A stretch of DNA of 64,000 nt, from assembly GCA_016302065.1 (NCBI GenBank), contig JAEDOI010000001.1, positions 2,754 through 66,753 of the forward strand, in the 5' to 3' direction. Positions 9,666 through 19,114 of the stretch are shown one piece after another; within the stretch, counting starts at the first letter, position 1; every line of letters begins with the position of its first letter. A program made the position numbers and the translations under genes. Source of the DNA: Bacilli bacterium (lineage in GTDB: Bacteria; Bacillota_I; Bacilli_A; RFN20; CAG-826). The notes below the pieces were generated by a model. It did no database searches. It was not told the origin of the DNA and was given only the letters and a program-made list of their open reading frames with translations.

Positions 9666-10433
9666 ATGAGTATTATTTCTTCGTTTGATAACAAATCTAG
9701 ACCATTTATTAATCCTAATGATTTTTACAAGAAATCAAATAAAGCATATAAAACAATAATAGTTACTTTTTCACATAAATTAAAAAGCAGTTTAATTGAG
9801 AAAGATTTAATTATTCCAATGGATATATGTATTCAAAGTGTCGCTGAATCCATATCTGTTTTTAATATAAAAGATACTAATTTATTATTATTTTTTACAA
9901 ATGTTGGAGCTCCTATTACTGTAGGTTTGCTTCATGAACTAATTTATATTTATGATATTAAAAATGTAGTTATGTTTGGAAGTTGTGGAATCCTTGATAA
10001 ATCTATTAACGAATGTGAATTAATAATTCCTACATTTAGTTATAGAGATGAAGGAACAAGTTATCATTATGTAGAACCTTCTGATTATATAGAAATTAAA
10101 AATAGTGGGGATTTAATAGGGATTTTTGAAGAATCAAAGATTCCTTATAGGAAAGGAAAAATATGGACAACCGATGCAATGTATCGAGAAACTATAAATA
10201 ATATTAATAAAAGAAAGGAGGAAGGCTGTATTGCAGTTGAAATGGAAATAAGTGCAGTTCAAGCATTATGTTCATATCTAAATATAAATTATTTCCCATT
10301 TATATATGGTGCAGATAGATTAGATGAAAATATATATAATCCTTCTATACTAGGAAATTTAAATATAGATAAAAGATTATTTCATTATGAAATTGCTAAA
10401 AAGATCGCATTAATAATTGATAATAGATATTAA
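9666..10433 (+). CDS. nucleoside phosphorylase (PNP/UDP family 1)
   Basis: Motifs VVMFGSCGILD and VEMEISAV are typical of the DeoD/Udp/MTA-nucleosidase fold. Confidence 0.7.
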   Translation: MSIISSFDNKSRPFINPNDFYKKSNKAYKTIIVTFSHKLKSSLIEKDLIIPMDICIQSVAESISVFNIKDTNLLLFFTNVGAPITVGLLHELIYIYDIKNVVMFGSCGILDKSINECELIIPTFSYRDEGTSYHYVEPSDYIEIKNSGDLIGIFEESKIPYRKGKIWTTDAMYRETINNINKRKEEGCIAVEMEISAVQALCSYLNINYFPFIYGADRLDENIYNPSILGNLNIDKRLFHYEIAKKIALIIDNRY

Positions 10434-10435
10434 AA

Positions 10436-10461
10436 AATTCCATATCAATTGATATGGAATT
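10436..10461. terminator. 26-nt perfect palindrome AATTCCATATCAATTGATATGGAATT between convergent genes; bidirectional terminator candidate
   Basis: A perfect inverted repeat read directly from the sequence. It lies between the stop at 10433 and the stop of the minus-strand gene at 10466. Confidence 0.5.
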
Positions 10462-10465
10462 TACA

Positions 10466-10804
10466 TTATTTAGAAATACTATTTACGTTTTCTAATCTTT
10501 CAAGATTTCTTGCTTTTGTTCTCCAAACGGCTTTTGAGACAACAATTAAGGCTACACCAGCCATACCACTCATAAATCCAAATATGTAAAGAAACATATA
10601 AATGTAATAAGTCACAATATCAATAGCCGACATGATTTCTTCTTCTGTTGCTGTAGATGGTAATGAAGAAGCAGCATCAACTATAGAAAAAATAAATAAA
10701 TTTAAAAATATTATAGCGACTAAAAAACCAACAATTGTTAAAACAAGTCCTGAAATGAAAAACTTTTTTTCTAAGGATCTAAATTTTTTAATTCTTTTTT
10801 CCAT
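10466..10804 (-). CDS. small membrane protein (2 TM), hypothetical
   Basis: Two hydrophobic helices, no recognisable motif. Confidence 0.35.
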   Translation of the reverse strand: MEKRIKKFRSLEKKFFISGLVLTIVGFLVAIIFLNLFIFSIVDAASSLPSTATEEEIMSAIDIVTYYIYMFLYIFGFMSGMAGVALIVVSKAVWRTKARNLERLENVNSISK

Positions 10805-10808
10805 TTTG

Positions 10809-11675
10809 TTACCTCACTTTTTTTGAAATGGTAATTGCAAGTGAACCTGGACCAATATGAGTAGCAACTGATAATGATAATTGATCTATCTCAACATTAT
10901 TAGGATTAATATGAAGATATTCACATGCTTCCTTCATAAATATTTTAGCACTTTCAAAATCTTTAGTATAGGCAATAGCAACTCTAAAATCATTTATATC
11001 ATGTGTATCAAATTTAGTTTCTAAATCATGTTTTATAGCTTCTAACATTACTTTTTTTGCTTTTTTTGAACCAATACATTTTTTATAAGCATCAAGTTTT
11101 CCACCATTAATTTGAAGAACAGGTTTAATGTGGAGAGCTTCACCAAGTAATGCTCCAGCCGGAGTTACTCTGCCACCTTTTTTTAAATATTTTAAAGTGT
11201 CAACCATAATAAATATTGATGAGTTACTTGCTTCAGATTCTAAAATTTGTTTGATTTCTTTAGCGGTTTTGCCTTGTTTAACTAAATTTAAAGCATCATA
11301 AACTGAAGATTTAAGAGTTACAGAAATTCTATGGTTATCAACAACAAAAACTTTATCCTTATAATCTAAACTTAAATTTTTTGCTGAATTGCAAGATTCG
11401 CTTAATCCGCTGCTCATTGGAATATAAAGGATTTCATCATATTCTTTTAAAGCCTCATCCCAGGCCTCAATTAATTCGCCTATTGCAGGTTGGCTAGTTC
11501 TAATATCTGCATCATTTTCTTGTAGTTCATAAAATTTATCAAAGTCAATATTCTCGTCTTGAAAATAAACTTCTCCATTAATGAGAATTGGCATACGCAT
11601 CATTTTTAGCCCAAATTTAGATAAATCTATATGTTTAATGCCTGAGTTATCATCAGTCATAATTAAAGTCTTCAT
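10809..11675 (-). CDS. DegV family fatty-acid-binding protein
   Basis: N-terminal TDDNSG and the YLKKGGRV region. Length is 288 aa. Confidence 0.8.
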   Translation of the reverse strand: MKTLIMTDDNSGIKHIDLSKFGLKMMRMPILINGEVYFQDENIDFDKFYELQENDADIRTSQPAIGELIEAWDEALKEYDEILYIPMSSGLSESCNSAKNLSLDYKDKVFVVDNHRISVTLKSSVYDALNLVKQGKTAKEIKQILESEASNSSIFIMVDTLKYLKKGGRVTPAGALLGEALHIKPVLQINGGKLDAYKKCIGSKKAKKVMLEAIKHDLETKFDTHDINDFRVAIAYTKDFESAKIFMKEACEYLHINPNNVEIDQLSLSVATHIGPGSLAITISKKVR

Positions 11676-11809
11676 AATTAAATTCCTCTTATGATTAATA
11701 TTTTATATGAATTCCGCACTAAAAAAAATGTGATACTAATAACTACACAATCTAGTATTTAATATTGTTTTAAAAAATATAAATTTTTTATTAACTTTAT
11801 AATATAATA

Positions 11810-12457
11810 ATGAAGATGAAAAAATTTGTTATATTTGATTTAGATGGAACATTAATTGATACAGTTGAAGGTATTACAATTGCTGCAAATAAATATCTTT
11901 CTTCTCATAATATTCCTTTTGTTTATTCAAGAGATGATATTGAATCTTTTATTGGTAATGGTGCCCCTCTTTTATTTAAAAGAATGATGAAAAATTATGA
12001 ATATAATGAGAATGATTATCAAGAATTTTTAACTTTTTATAGAGATAATCAAAAATATAGTAAGGTTTATCCTGAAGTTGTATCTTCATTAAAAGCATTA
12101 ATATCAAGGGGATATTCTTTATTTATATTAAGTAACAAACCTGATAGTTTGTTACAAATTTTAATTAAAGAATTGCTTAGTGAAATTAAATTTAAATATA
12201 TTCAAGGCCAGGATAATAAGTATCCTACCAAACCAGATGTTACATTATTAAATGAAAAAATTATTAATAATTTTGATTTAGATCCAAATGATGGGTATTA
12301 TGTTGGTGATAGTTACGTCGATGTTTTAACTGGACAAAATGCTAAATTAAAGTCTATATTTGTAACATATGGATATGGAGATTATCAAAAAGCTATGTCT
12401 TATAAACCAGATTATATTATAGATAAATTCGAAGATATATTGGAGATAGTAAAATGA
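11810..12457 (+). CDS. HAD-superfamily hydrolase (phosphatase)
   Basis: DLDGTLIDT motif I, SNKP, and a GDS..D motif. Confidence 0.7.
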   Translation: MKMKKFVIFDLDGTLIDTVEGITIAANKYLSSHNIPFVYSRDDIESFIGNGAPLLFKRMMKNYEYNENDYQEFLTFYRDNQKYSKVYPEVVSSLKALISRGYSLFILSNKPDSLLQILIKELLSEIKFKYIQGQDNKYPTKPDVTLLNEKIINNFDLDPNDGYYVGDSYVDVLTGQNAKLKSIFVTYGYGDYQKAMSYKPDYIIDKFEDILEIVK

Positions 12458-12780
12458 GTGAAAAAGAAGAATTATTATTTGGATTAAGAAGATGGATGAA
12501 TAAAGCTATTTTATATGTTGGGAATTATTCAAGTGATGAATTTTTTGATGATGAACTTGTTTTTGATGCGGTTTGTTATTGTCTTGAAGTAATTGTAGAT
12601 ATATCTTCTAGACTCGTTAATAAATATAAAGAAGTAAATGATGAGTATAAAGATGTAGATTTTAATTTCCTTGCTGATCTAAAAAATAAAATTTATGCTA
12701 ATGACAATATTAACATCTCTTTAATTTATGAGCTTTGTACGAAAGTTTTTAAAGAAATTGTGAATAAATTGAAGAAATAA
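12454..12780 (+). CDS. hypothetical protein (108 aa)
   Basis: An ATGA overlap couples it to the HAD gene. There is a weak resemblance to DUF86/HepT-like helical proteins, but no R(x)4HxY motif. Confidence 0.35.
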   Translation: MSEKEELLFGLRRWMNKAILYVGNYSSDEFFDDELVFDAVCYCLEVIVDISSRLVNKYKEVNDEYKDVDFNFLADLKNKIYANDNINISLIYELCTKVFKEIVNKLKK

Positions 12781-12781
12781 T

Positions 12782-12855
12782 GGGCCTATAGTTTAGTGGG
12801 AGAACGCTCCGTTCGCATCGGAGTAACATGGATTCGATTTCCATTAGGTCCACCA
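12782..12855 (+). tRNA. tRNA-Ala (anticodon read as CGC; G3:U70 present)
   Basis: Cloverleaf by hand: acceptor GGGCCTA/TAGGTCC, D-stem GTTT/GAAC, anticodon stem CTCCG/CGGAG with loop TTCGCAT, T-arm ATGGA-TTCGATT-TCCAT, and an encoded CCA. Confidence 0.8.
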
Positions 12856-12956
12856 ATATTAAATAGAGGCATATTAAATATGTCTTTTTATTTTTAAATA
12901 AATGTTTATGTATAAAATTAATTATTTTATAATTAATTAGTTTAATGGAGATCTGT

Positions 12957-15900
12957 ATGAAAAAGAAAACACCTATTTTATTATTTTCTCTCGCTTTAGG
13001 TTTACTTCCATTATCAGTTAGTGGACTAACTTCATGTGAGACTAAAAAAGCCGTTTATAGTATAAATTTAAATCAAGTTGTTGGAGCAACTTTAAGTGCT
13101 GATAAAATTGAAGCAAGTGAAGGAGAACTTATAACATTAACAATTTCATCATTACAAGTTGGGAAAGAAGTTGACAAAGTTATAATTAGTGATGATATTG
13201 AAGTCTCAAAAGTAAATGATTCGACATATACATTTGTAATGCCAAATAAAGAGGTAAGTGTCACCCTTGTTTTAAAAGATATTGTTTATTCTATTAGTGT
13301 TATTGATGTTACAGGAGTTACATTAGATGTTCCTGCTTCTTCAATTGGTGGTCAAGAAATTGAAATTAATGTTCTTTCCATTCCTACTGGTAAACATATT
13401 AGTGGATTTAATGGGGTAACTACAGAAAAGAAAGAAACAAATAAATATGTATTTGTTATGCCTTTTGAAAATGTTACTATTACACCTTTGCTTGAAGATA
13501 CAATTTATACAATTTCAGTTGGAGAAACTGATGGAGCAACGTTATCAATAAGCAAAGAAACAGCTGTATATAACGAAACAATAACAATTAACGTGACTAA
13601 TCTTCCTAAAGGAAAACAAGTTAAAGCTATTACTGTTTCCGATAATGTTAATGTACAAACAGTAAATGAAACTACATATCAATTTGTAATGCCTGCTAGT
13701 AATGTTACAATTAGTGCCACTCTTGAATATGCTTACGTAAGTGGAACTATTTCTTATGCAAATGAAGCTAATTACCAAGTCAGTATTTCAAATACTGAAT
13801 TAGGAGAAGTTGAAACTACGCCAACAGTTACTGGACTTGCTTTTAGTTTAATTAAGGACTATGAATATACAATTTCTATTACAAATTATGATAAAGAAAT
13901 GTACATTCCTTCATTAATTTTAAATGGTTCATCACTTGAATTAATTAATGATAGAGCAAATTTTGTTGCAAATACTTCGTTATTAACTTTCTCGATTGTA
14001 GATAATGTTATTGAATATAATCTTAATTATAATAGTGAAGATGTAAATGTTTTAAATAATGTTACAAAGTCAACAAAAGGTAGTTTAATTAAGTTTAAAC
14101 CAATAGAAAAAGATGGTTTTAATTATGGAAGTTATCTTGTTTATAGTGGAGAAAAAGACACCTCTACATATGAAGAAATTGTTGTAACAGAAACAAATGA
14201 GGATGAATATCCATATTCTTTTACAATGCCTGCTAAACCAGTTCATATTGAAATAAATTATGATATTAAAAAAGTTGAATTAAATTTTGCTGAAAATTCA
14301 ACATCATTTAAGGGTGTTGTTAAGAGTTCATATTATTTAGTTAATGGAGCTTTAGGAGATTCTAAATATCTTAACTCTAATAATAGCGATATTGATTATG
14401 GAACAACTTTAAGGATATTCCTTAATGATATTATTGTTACTGATAGGAATGGTACTGATCATGTTAAATATTCATTAACCGGAATTAAATTTAATAATAC
14501 TGATGTTACATTAATTGAAACTAGTGAACACGATGCTAAATATTATTGTGATATTACTTTAACTGAAGATATTAATATAATTGAAATTATTGGAAGTGAA
14601 CAAGCATTTATTAAAAACACAGTTTCTCTTGATAATGATGGGGCAGTTAATGTTGATATTTTTACTGATGAGTCATTAAGTGAAGAAAGTAAAACTGAAA
14701 ACTATTATGCAAAGAAAAATCATTATGTAAGAGTAATAGCAATTGAAGGATATGAAGTAGTTTCGGTTAAATTTACTTATTATAAATGGGCATATTCTGG
14801 TGGGAGTTATAGTAAACAAATTGTCACAATTGATCCTAAAGTTAATGGAAATGTGTTTAGTTTTGATACTAATTCAATGTATTTTGAAAACTATTGTGAA
14901 ATTTTATGTACTATAAAAACTAAGAGAATAATGAATTATGCAGGTAAATCTTTTGTTGGAACTTGGTTTGGTCGCAATGTATATAGTAGTAATATGCATG
15001 ATACCAACTTACAAAGTCCAAGTAATAGTTACACTGTATATATTGAAGAAAATGGAACTATTAAGAAAAACACCACTCAATTATGTGTTGCTGAATATTT
15101 AGATGAAGAAAACCATATACTTAAAGAAAATGAATCAACTACCGATTATAAGAAAATTTTTAGTTATGGAAATAAGACTTTAATTGGAAACGATAGTCCA
15201 ATCAATAAATATGATAGAATTTTTGGAATTAAGCAAGAAGAGGGAACAACTTCTAGTGATTATAAATCTATTGCTTATACTTTTGGTGAGACAGGAAGGG
15301 ATTATTCAATCATACAATGGTTTAAGAAAAATAATGAAGGTGAATTTATTCCTTACGCTGGAGCATTTACTAATAATATAGATAATATTGTTTATAATGA
15401 CGTTACTTTTGATTTTATTAGTGGAGAATCATTATTAAGTAGTGGAACAAAATTATTTAATGTTATTGATGAATCGTCTAATACTATTGCAACAATTTCA
15501 GCTGATGATAGTAGTGCTAAATTAGTTAGTGAAGAGGATTTGATTGAAAGAACAATCTCAACTTCATCAGTTACAGGATGTACAATTACACCTAGTAAAA
15601 CAACAGCTTATGCTGGAGAAAATATTACATTAACTGTTAGTAATTTAGATGAAGGAAAAGTAATTGATAAAGTATTTGCTAATGATGTTGAATGTAATAA
15701 AAATAGTGATGGAACATATAGTTTTGTTGTTCCAACAAGTGATGTAGAAATTACTGTAACATATAAAGTAATTTCAAATATTACTGTTACAGAAAGCTTA
15801 GAGGCCACTATTACAGTTGATAAAACTTCAGCTGAAAGTGGAGAAAAAGTGACGATTTCTGTAAGTAACATCATCGATGGTAAAGATGTTGGAGATATCA

Positions 15901-16391
15901 CGGTTAGTGGATTAAATGGAAGTGTCGCCGTAAGCGGAACTAATGGAACATATGAATTTACAATGCCTTCTGAAGATGTAACAGTAACTGTTACATTTGT
16001 TGATTATGTTGCTCCTTCAGTTCCATTTGCTAATAAGTCATATGAGGGAAGTAGAACAACTTCTGATTATGATCCTGAATGGGACGAATATTTATCTATT
16101 ATTGATACGTTAAAATTAGCATTTAGTGAAGATGGTAGTAAAGTAAATGTTTATTTAACAAAGAATTTTAATAGAAGCGAAAATACTGAGCAAATATTAG
16201 ATTTACCATATAATTACACTGAACCAAGCGGAGAAGCTACTACTGGAACAATTACAATTGAGTTAAATTCATCTACTTTAATTACATTAACATATGATCC
16301 AACTGCTGATACATTCCGTATAAGTGATAATGTAACTTATAATGGAACGACCTATTATTTAGGACCTACAACTTTATCGTTAATAGCATAA
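12957..16391 (+). CDS. large surface lipoprotein with repeated roughly 65-aa beta-sandwich-like domains
   Basis: Signal peptide with lipobox LTSC. At least five related repeats of the form ITLTVSNLxxGKxV..V.V.....N.DGTY.FVMP..DV.VTV are present. GGAG lies upstream of ATG 12957. Confidence 0.7.
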   Translation: MKKKTPILLFSLALGLLPLSVSGLTSCETKKAVYSINLNQVVGATLSADKIEASEGELITLTISSLQVGKEVDKVIISDDIEVSKVNDSTYTFVMPNKEVSVTLVLKDIVYSISVIDVTGVTLDVPASSIGGQEIEINVLSIPTGKHISGFNGVTTEKKETNKYVFVMPFENVTITPLLEDTIYTISVGETDGATLSISKETAVYNETITINVTNLPKGKQVKAITVSDNVNVQTVNETTYQFVMPASNVTISATLEYAYVSGTISYANEANYQVSISNTELGEVETTPTVTGLAFSLIKDYEYTISITNYDKEMYIPSLILNGSSLELINDRANFVANTSLLTFSIVDNVIEYNLNYNSEDVNVLNNVTKSTKGSLIKFKPIEKDGFNYGSYLVYSGEKDTSTYEEIVVTETNEDEYPYSFTMPAKPVHIEINYDIKKVELNFAENSTSFKGVVKSSYYLVNGALGDSKYLNSNNSDIDYGTTLRIFLNDIIVTDRNGTDHVKYSLTGIKFNNTDVTLIETSEHDAKYYCDITLTEDINIIEIIGSEQAFIKNTVSLDNDGAVNVDIFTDESLSEESKTENYYAKKNHYVRVIAIEGYEVVSVKFTYYKWAYSGGSYSKQIVTIDPKVNGNVFSFDTNSMYFENYCEILCTIKTKRIMNYAGKSFVGTWFGRNVYSSNMHDTNLQSPSNSYTVYIEENGTIKKNTTQLCVAEYLDEENHILKENESTTDYKKIFSYGNKTLIGNDSPINKYDRIFGIKQEEGTTSSDYKSIAYTFGETGRDYSIIQWFKKNNEGEFIPYAGAFTNNIDNIVYNDVTFDFISGESLLSSGTKLFNVIDESSNTIATISADDSSAKLVSEEDLIERTISTSSVTGCTITPSKTTAYAGENITLTVSNLDEGKVIDKVFANDVECNKNSDGTYSFVVPTSDVEITVTYKVISNITVTESLEATITVDKTSAESGEKVTISVSNIIDGKDVGDITVSGLNGSVAVSGTNGTYEFTMPSEDVTVTVTFVDYVAPSVPFANKSYEGSRTTSDYDPEWDEYLSIIDTLKLAFSEDGSKVNVYLTKNFNRSENTEQILDLPYNYTEPSGEATTGTITIELNSSTLITLTYDPTADTFRISDNVTYNGTTYYLGPTTLSLIA

Positions 16392-16413
16392 TTTTGGATT
16401 ATTATTTAAAATA

Positions 16414-16440
16414 AATAGGAGGATTTTATCCTCCTATTTT
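16414..16440. terminator. hairpin AATAGGAGGA-tttta-TCCTCCTATT followed by a T-run, between convergent genes
   Basis: A 10-bp perfect stem read from the sequence. Confidence 0.6.
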
Positions 16441-16447
16441 AAATATT

Positions 16448-17392
16448 CTATGTATTTCCCTTATCTTTTTTCTTTTTCTTAAATTCAAACCATGATGAAG
16501 GTAATTGACTTAATATTATGGCTATAAACATAACAATACATCCAATAATTTCAGGAATTGTAAGGTTTTGAGGAACATCAGAGAACTTATAGAACTTGTA
16601 AATTATTACACCACAAAGTAAACTAAATACACTTTCTAAACTCATTATTAAACTAGCAATTGTTGGATTAAGATATTTTTGAGTACTAATTTGAATAGTA
16701 TAAGCAATTCCGCTAGAGAATAGTCCTAAAAATAGTAAGGAAATAATACTGTTTTTTAAATTTTCTGCTACAGGAGGTTCAAAAATAAACATTAAAATAG
16801 TAGACAAAATTCCGACAATAGCATTCTGAATCAAAGAGAAAGTAAATAAATTAGCTTTTGGTGAAAAATAATCGATTGTTAATATTTGAGCTGTAAAAAG
16901 CAATGCTCCAATAAATAAAAATAAATCCCCTTTAGACAATGAAAAATCATTACCAAAACATAATAGTCCCATTCCAATCATTGCAATAACAATAGCAATA
17001 ATAATATTAAATCCTATTTTCTTTTTAAATAATAAATAAGCAAATATAGGAACTAAAACAATATAAAAAGCAGTAATAAAGGCGCTTTTTCCAGTAGATG
17101 TTGTTGAAATTCCAATTTGTTGAAATATACTAGCTCCAAAGAGAAATAAACCAGATAATACACCTCCTAAAATAGTAGCTTTTTTATCTATTTTTTTAAT
17201 TTTTCTTTCTTTAATAAGGCTAACTATCGAAAAAGGAGCAAGAAATAATACAGCAATTATCCCCCTAAAAGCATTAACAGTATATGGTCCGATATATTTA
17301 GAGCAAGATGATTGAAAGACAAAAGCTAACCCCCAAATGAAGGCTCCAAGTAATAAAATAAGTGAATATTTAATTTGAGTGTTTTTAGTCAC
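16448..17392 (-). CDS. DMT-superfamily (EamA-like) permease
   Basis: Ten predicted TM helices with a duplicated EamA-like arrangement. Confidence 0.7.
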   Translation of the reverse strand: MTKNTQIKYSLILLLGAFIWGLAFVFQSSCSKYIGPYTVNAFRGIIAVLFLAPFSIVSLIKERKIKKIDKKATILGGVLSGLFLFGASIFQQIGISTTSTGKSAFITAFYIVLVPIFAYLLFKKKIGFNIIIAIVIAMIGMGLLCFGNDFSLSKGDLFLFIGALLFTAQILTIDYFSPKANLFTFSLIQNAIVGILSTILMFIFEPPVAENLKNSIISLLFLGLFSSGIAYTIQISTQKYLNPTIASLIMSLESVFSLLCGVIIYKFYKFSDVPQNLTIPEIIGCIVMFIAIILSQLPSSWFEFKKKKKDKGNT

Positions 17393-17474
17393 GTGTAATA
17401 TTATAAAGTAGTAAAATTAATATTCAAATATGTTACAATAAAAATTAATAATTAATTTATTTTAAGGAGATCAT

Positions 17475-18065
17475 ATGGAAAATCAATTCGATATTTCAAT
17501 AAGTGAGTTTTTTAAAGATTTGATAGAAAAGTTTGGATATAATGGAAAATATGCTGAATTATTAACTGTTGTTTCTGGTTTCTTCTTGTTTTTTATTGTT
17601 TTAGGCATCTTTTTCTCATTAAAAAAAGAACAAAGAGTTTTAGGGTTAATTCTAATTGTATCTGGAATACTAACATTTATAATTAATGATTTAATTTTAA
17701 AAAAATGCTTTATAAGAGAAAGACCATTTCAATATTTTGGAATAGAACCTCCTGGCTTTTATATATATAGTAATTCTTTTCCAAGTGGTCATAGTGCAAT
17801 AAGTAGTGCAGGTGCCTTTTCTATATTATTCTATTTTCTATTTTTAAATAAAAGAAAAAGCAAATCTTTAATGATTTATTCAATAATTTCATTTGTAATA
17901 TGTCTTGGTGTTATGGTTTCTAGAATGGCTTTATTGCATCATTATTTTACTGATTGTATTGTTGGATTTCTTGAAGGTTCTTTAATAGCTTTATTAGTAA
18001 ATTATTTAGCCTTAATAATTGTTAAACAAATTGAAAAGAAAAAGAATATAGTAATTGAATTATAA
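17475..18065 (+). CDS. PAP2-family phosphatase (phosphatidic acid / undecaprenyl-PP phosphatase type)
   Basis: KxxxxxxRP (KKCFIRERP), PSGH (FPSGHS) and SRxxxxxHxxxD (SRMALLHHYFTD) motifs. Confidence 0.75.
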   Translation: MENQFDISISEFFKDLIEKFGYNGKYAELLTVVSGFFLFFIVLGIFFSLKKEQRVLGLILIVSGILTFIINDLILKKCFIRERPFQYFGIEPPGFYIYSNSFPSGHSAISSAGAFSILFYFLFLNKRKSKSLMIYSIISFVICLGVMVSRMALLHHYFTDCIVGFLEGSLIALLVNYLALIIVKQIEKKKNIVIEL

Positions 18066-18118
18066 AAAAAGAAGCGATAAATCATATTAATTTTGATTAT
18101 AATCGCTTCTTTTTTAAA
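18066..18118. terminator. long-loop hairpin AAGAAGCGAT..ATCGCTTCTT followed by a T-run
   Basis: 10-bp stem. Confidence 0.4.
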
Positions 18119-18126
18119 TTTATTTT

Positions 18127-19113
18127 TTAACGTTTTGAAACATCAAAAGGAACACCTTCAGCTTTTGGTGCTCGACTCTTTTTTGATGTAAATATTAATA
18201 AAATTAAACTTGCAATAAATGGTAATATTTTAAATAATTCAGGAGTAACTCCATTTTCTGCAGTTAAACTAATTCCAAATATTGCTTCAAATAATCCATT
18301 ATAAATATAACTAATTGATAAGAATACACTGAATACTAATGAAATAATTGAAATTCTTATTGGCTTCCATTGTCCGAAAATCATAATAGCTAAAGCAAGG
18401 AAACCAAATCCAGCAACACCTGTAGAAGCATTCCAGAATTGTTGTGTAGGAATGACATAAGCTAAAGCTCCAAGTCCACCTAAAGCACCACTAATTCCAA
18501 CACCGAAATAGCGGTAGAATTTAACATTAATTCCAACACTAACGCTTGCATTTGGATTTTCACCACAACTTCTTAGTCTTAAGCCAAATCTTGTTTTATA
18601 AAGAACAAAATAGCTAACAATTATAGTAATAATTGCTAGTAATAAGAAAATATTAACACTTAATGATTTTCCTTCTCCAAATTTGATTGTCCACGTAAAT
18701 AAAGACCCATTATAATTGATTGTATCGCTTGATCCTCCATTTAACCTTTTAGTGAAAATCATTGCAATAGCAGTAGCAATTAAGTTTAATGCTGTACCAG
18801 TAAGTGTTTGATCAGCATTAAACTTAATAGACAAAACAGAAAGTAAACCAGAATATAAAATACCAGTTAGTATCGCTGCTAGTATAGTTAAAACAACAAT
18901 TAAAATTTTTCCAAATGTTGAGTCAGCTAAAATGGTTTTAGATAATGAAACAAGGGTAATAAGTCCAATAAATCCACTCATTACCATTATACCTTCTAAT
19001 CCAATGTTTATGATTCCACTTCTTTCAGAGAACATTCCACCAAGAGCTACAAAAGCAAGTGCAGCGGCAAATATAAGGATATAAGTAAGAAGTAATAGTA
19101 ATTGGCCAGTCAT
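18127..19113 (-). CDS. ABC transporter permease (nucleoside/simple-sugar family)
   Basis: Multi-TM protein. The likely start MTGQLL has AAGGAGGG 8 nt upstream, so the ORF-track start at 19194 probably over-extends. Confidence 0.75.
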   Translation of the reverse strand: MTGQLLLLLTYILIFAAALAFVALGGMFSERSGIINIGLEGIMVMSGFIGLITLVSLSKTILADSTFGKILIVVLTILAAILTGILYSGLLSVLSIKFNADQTLTGTALNLIATAIAMIFTKRLNGGSSDTINYNGSLFTWTIKFGEGKSLSVNIFLLLAIITIIVSYFVLYKTRFGLRLRSCGENPNASVSVGINVKFYRYFGVGISGALGGLGALAYVIPTQQFWNASTGVAGFGFLALAIMIFGQWKPIRISIISLVFSVFLSISYIYNGLFEAIFGISLTAENGVTPELFKILPFIASLILLIFTSKKSRAPKAEGVPFDVSKR

Positions 19114-19114
19114 A

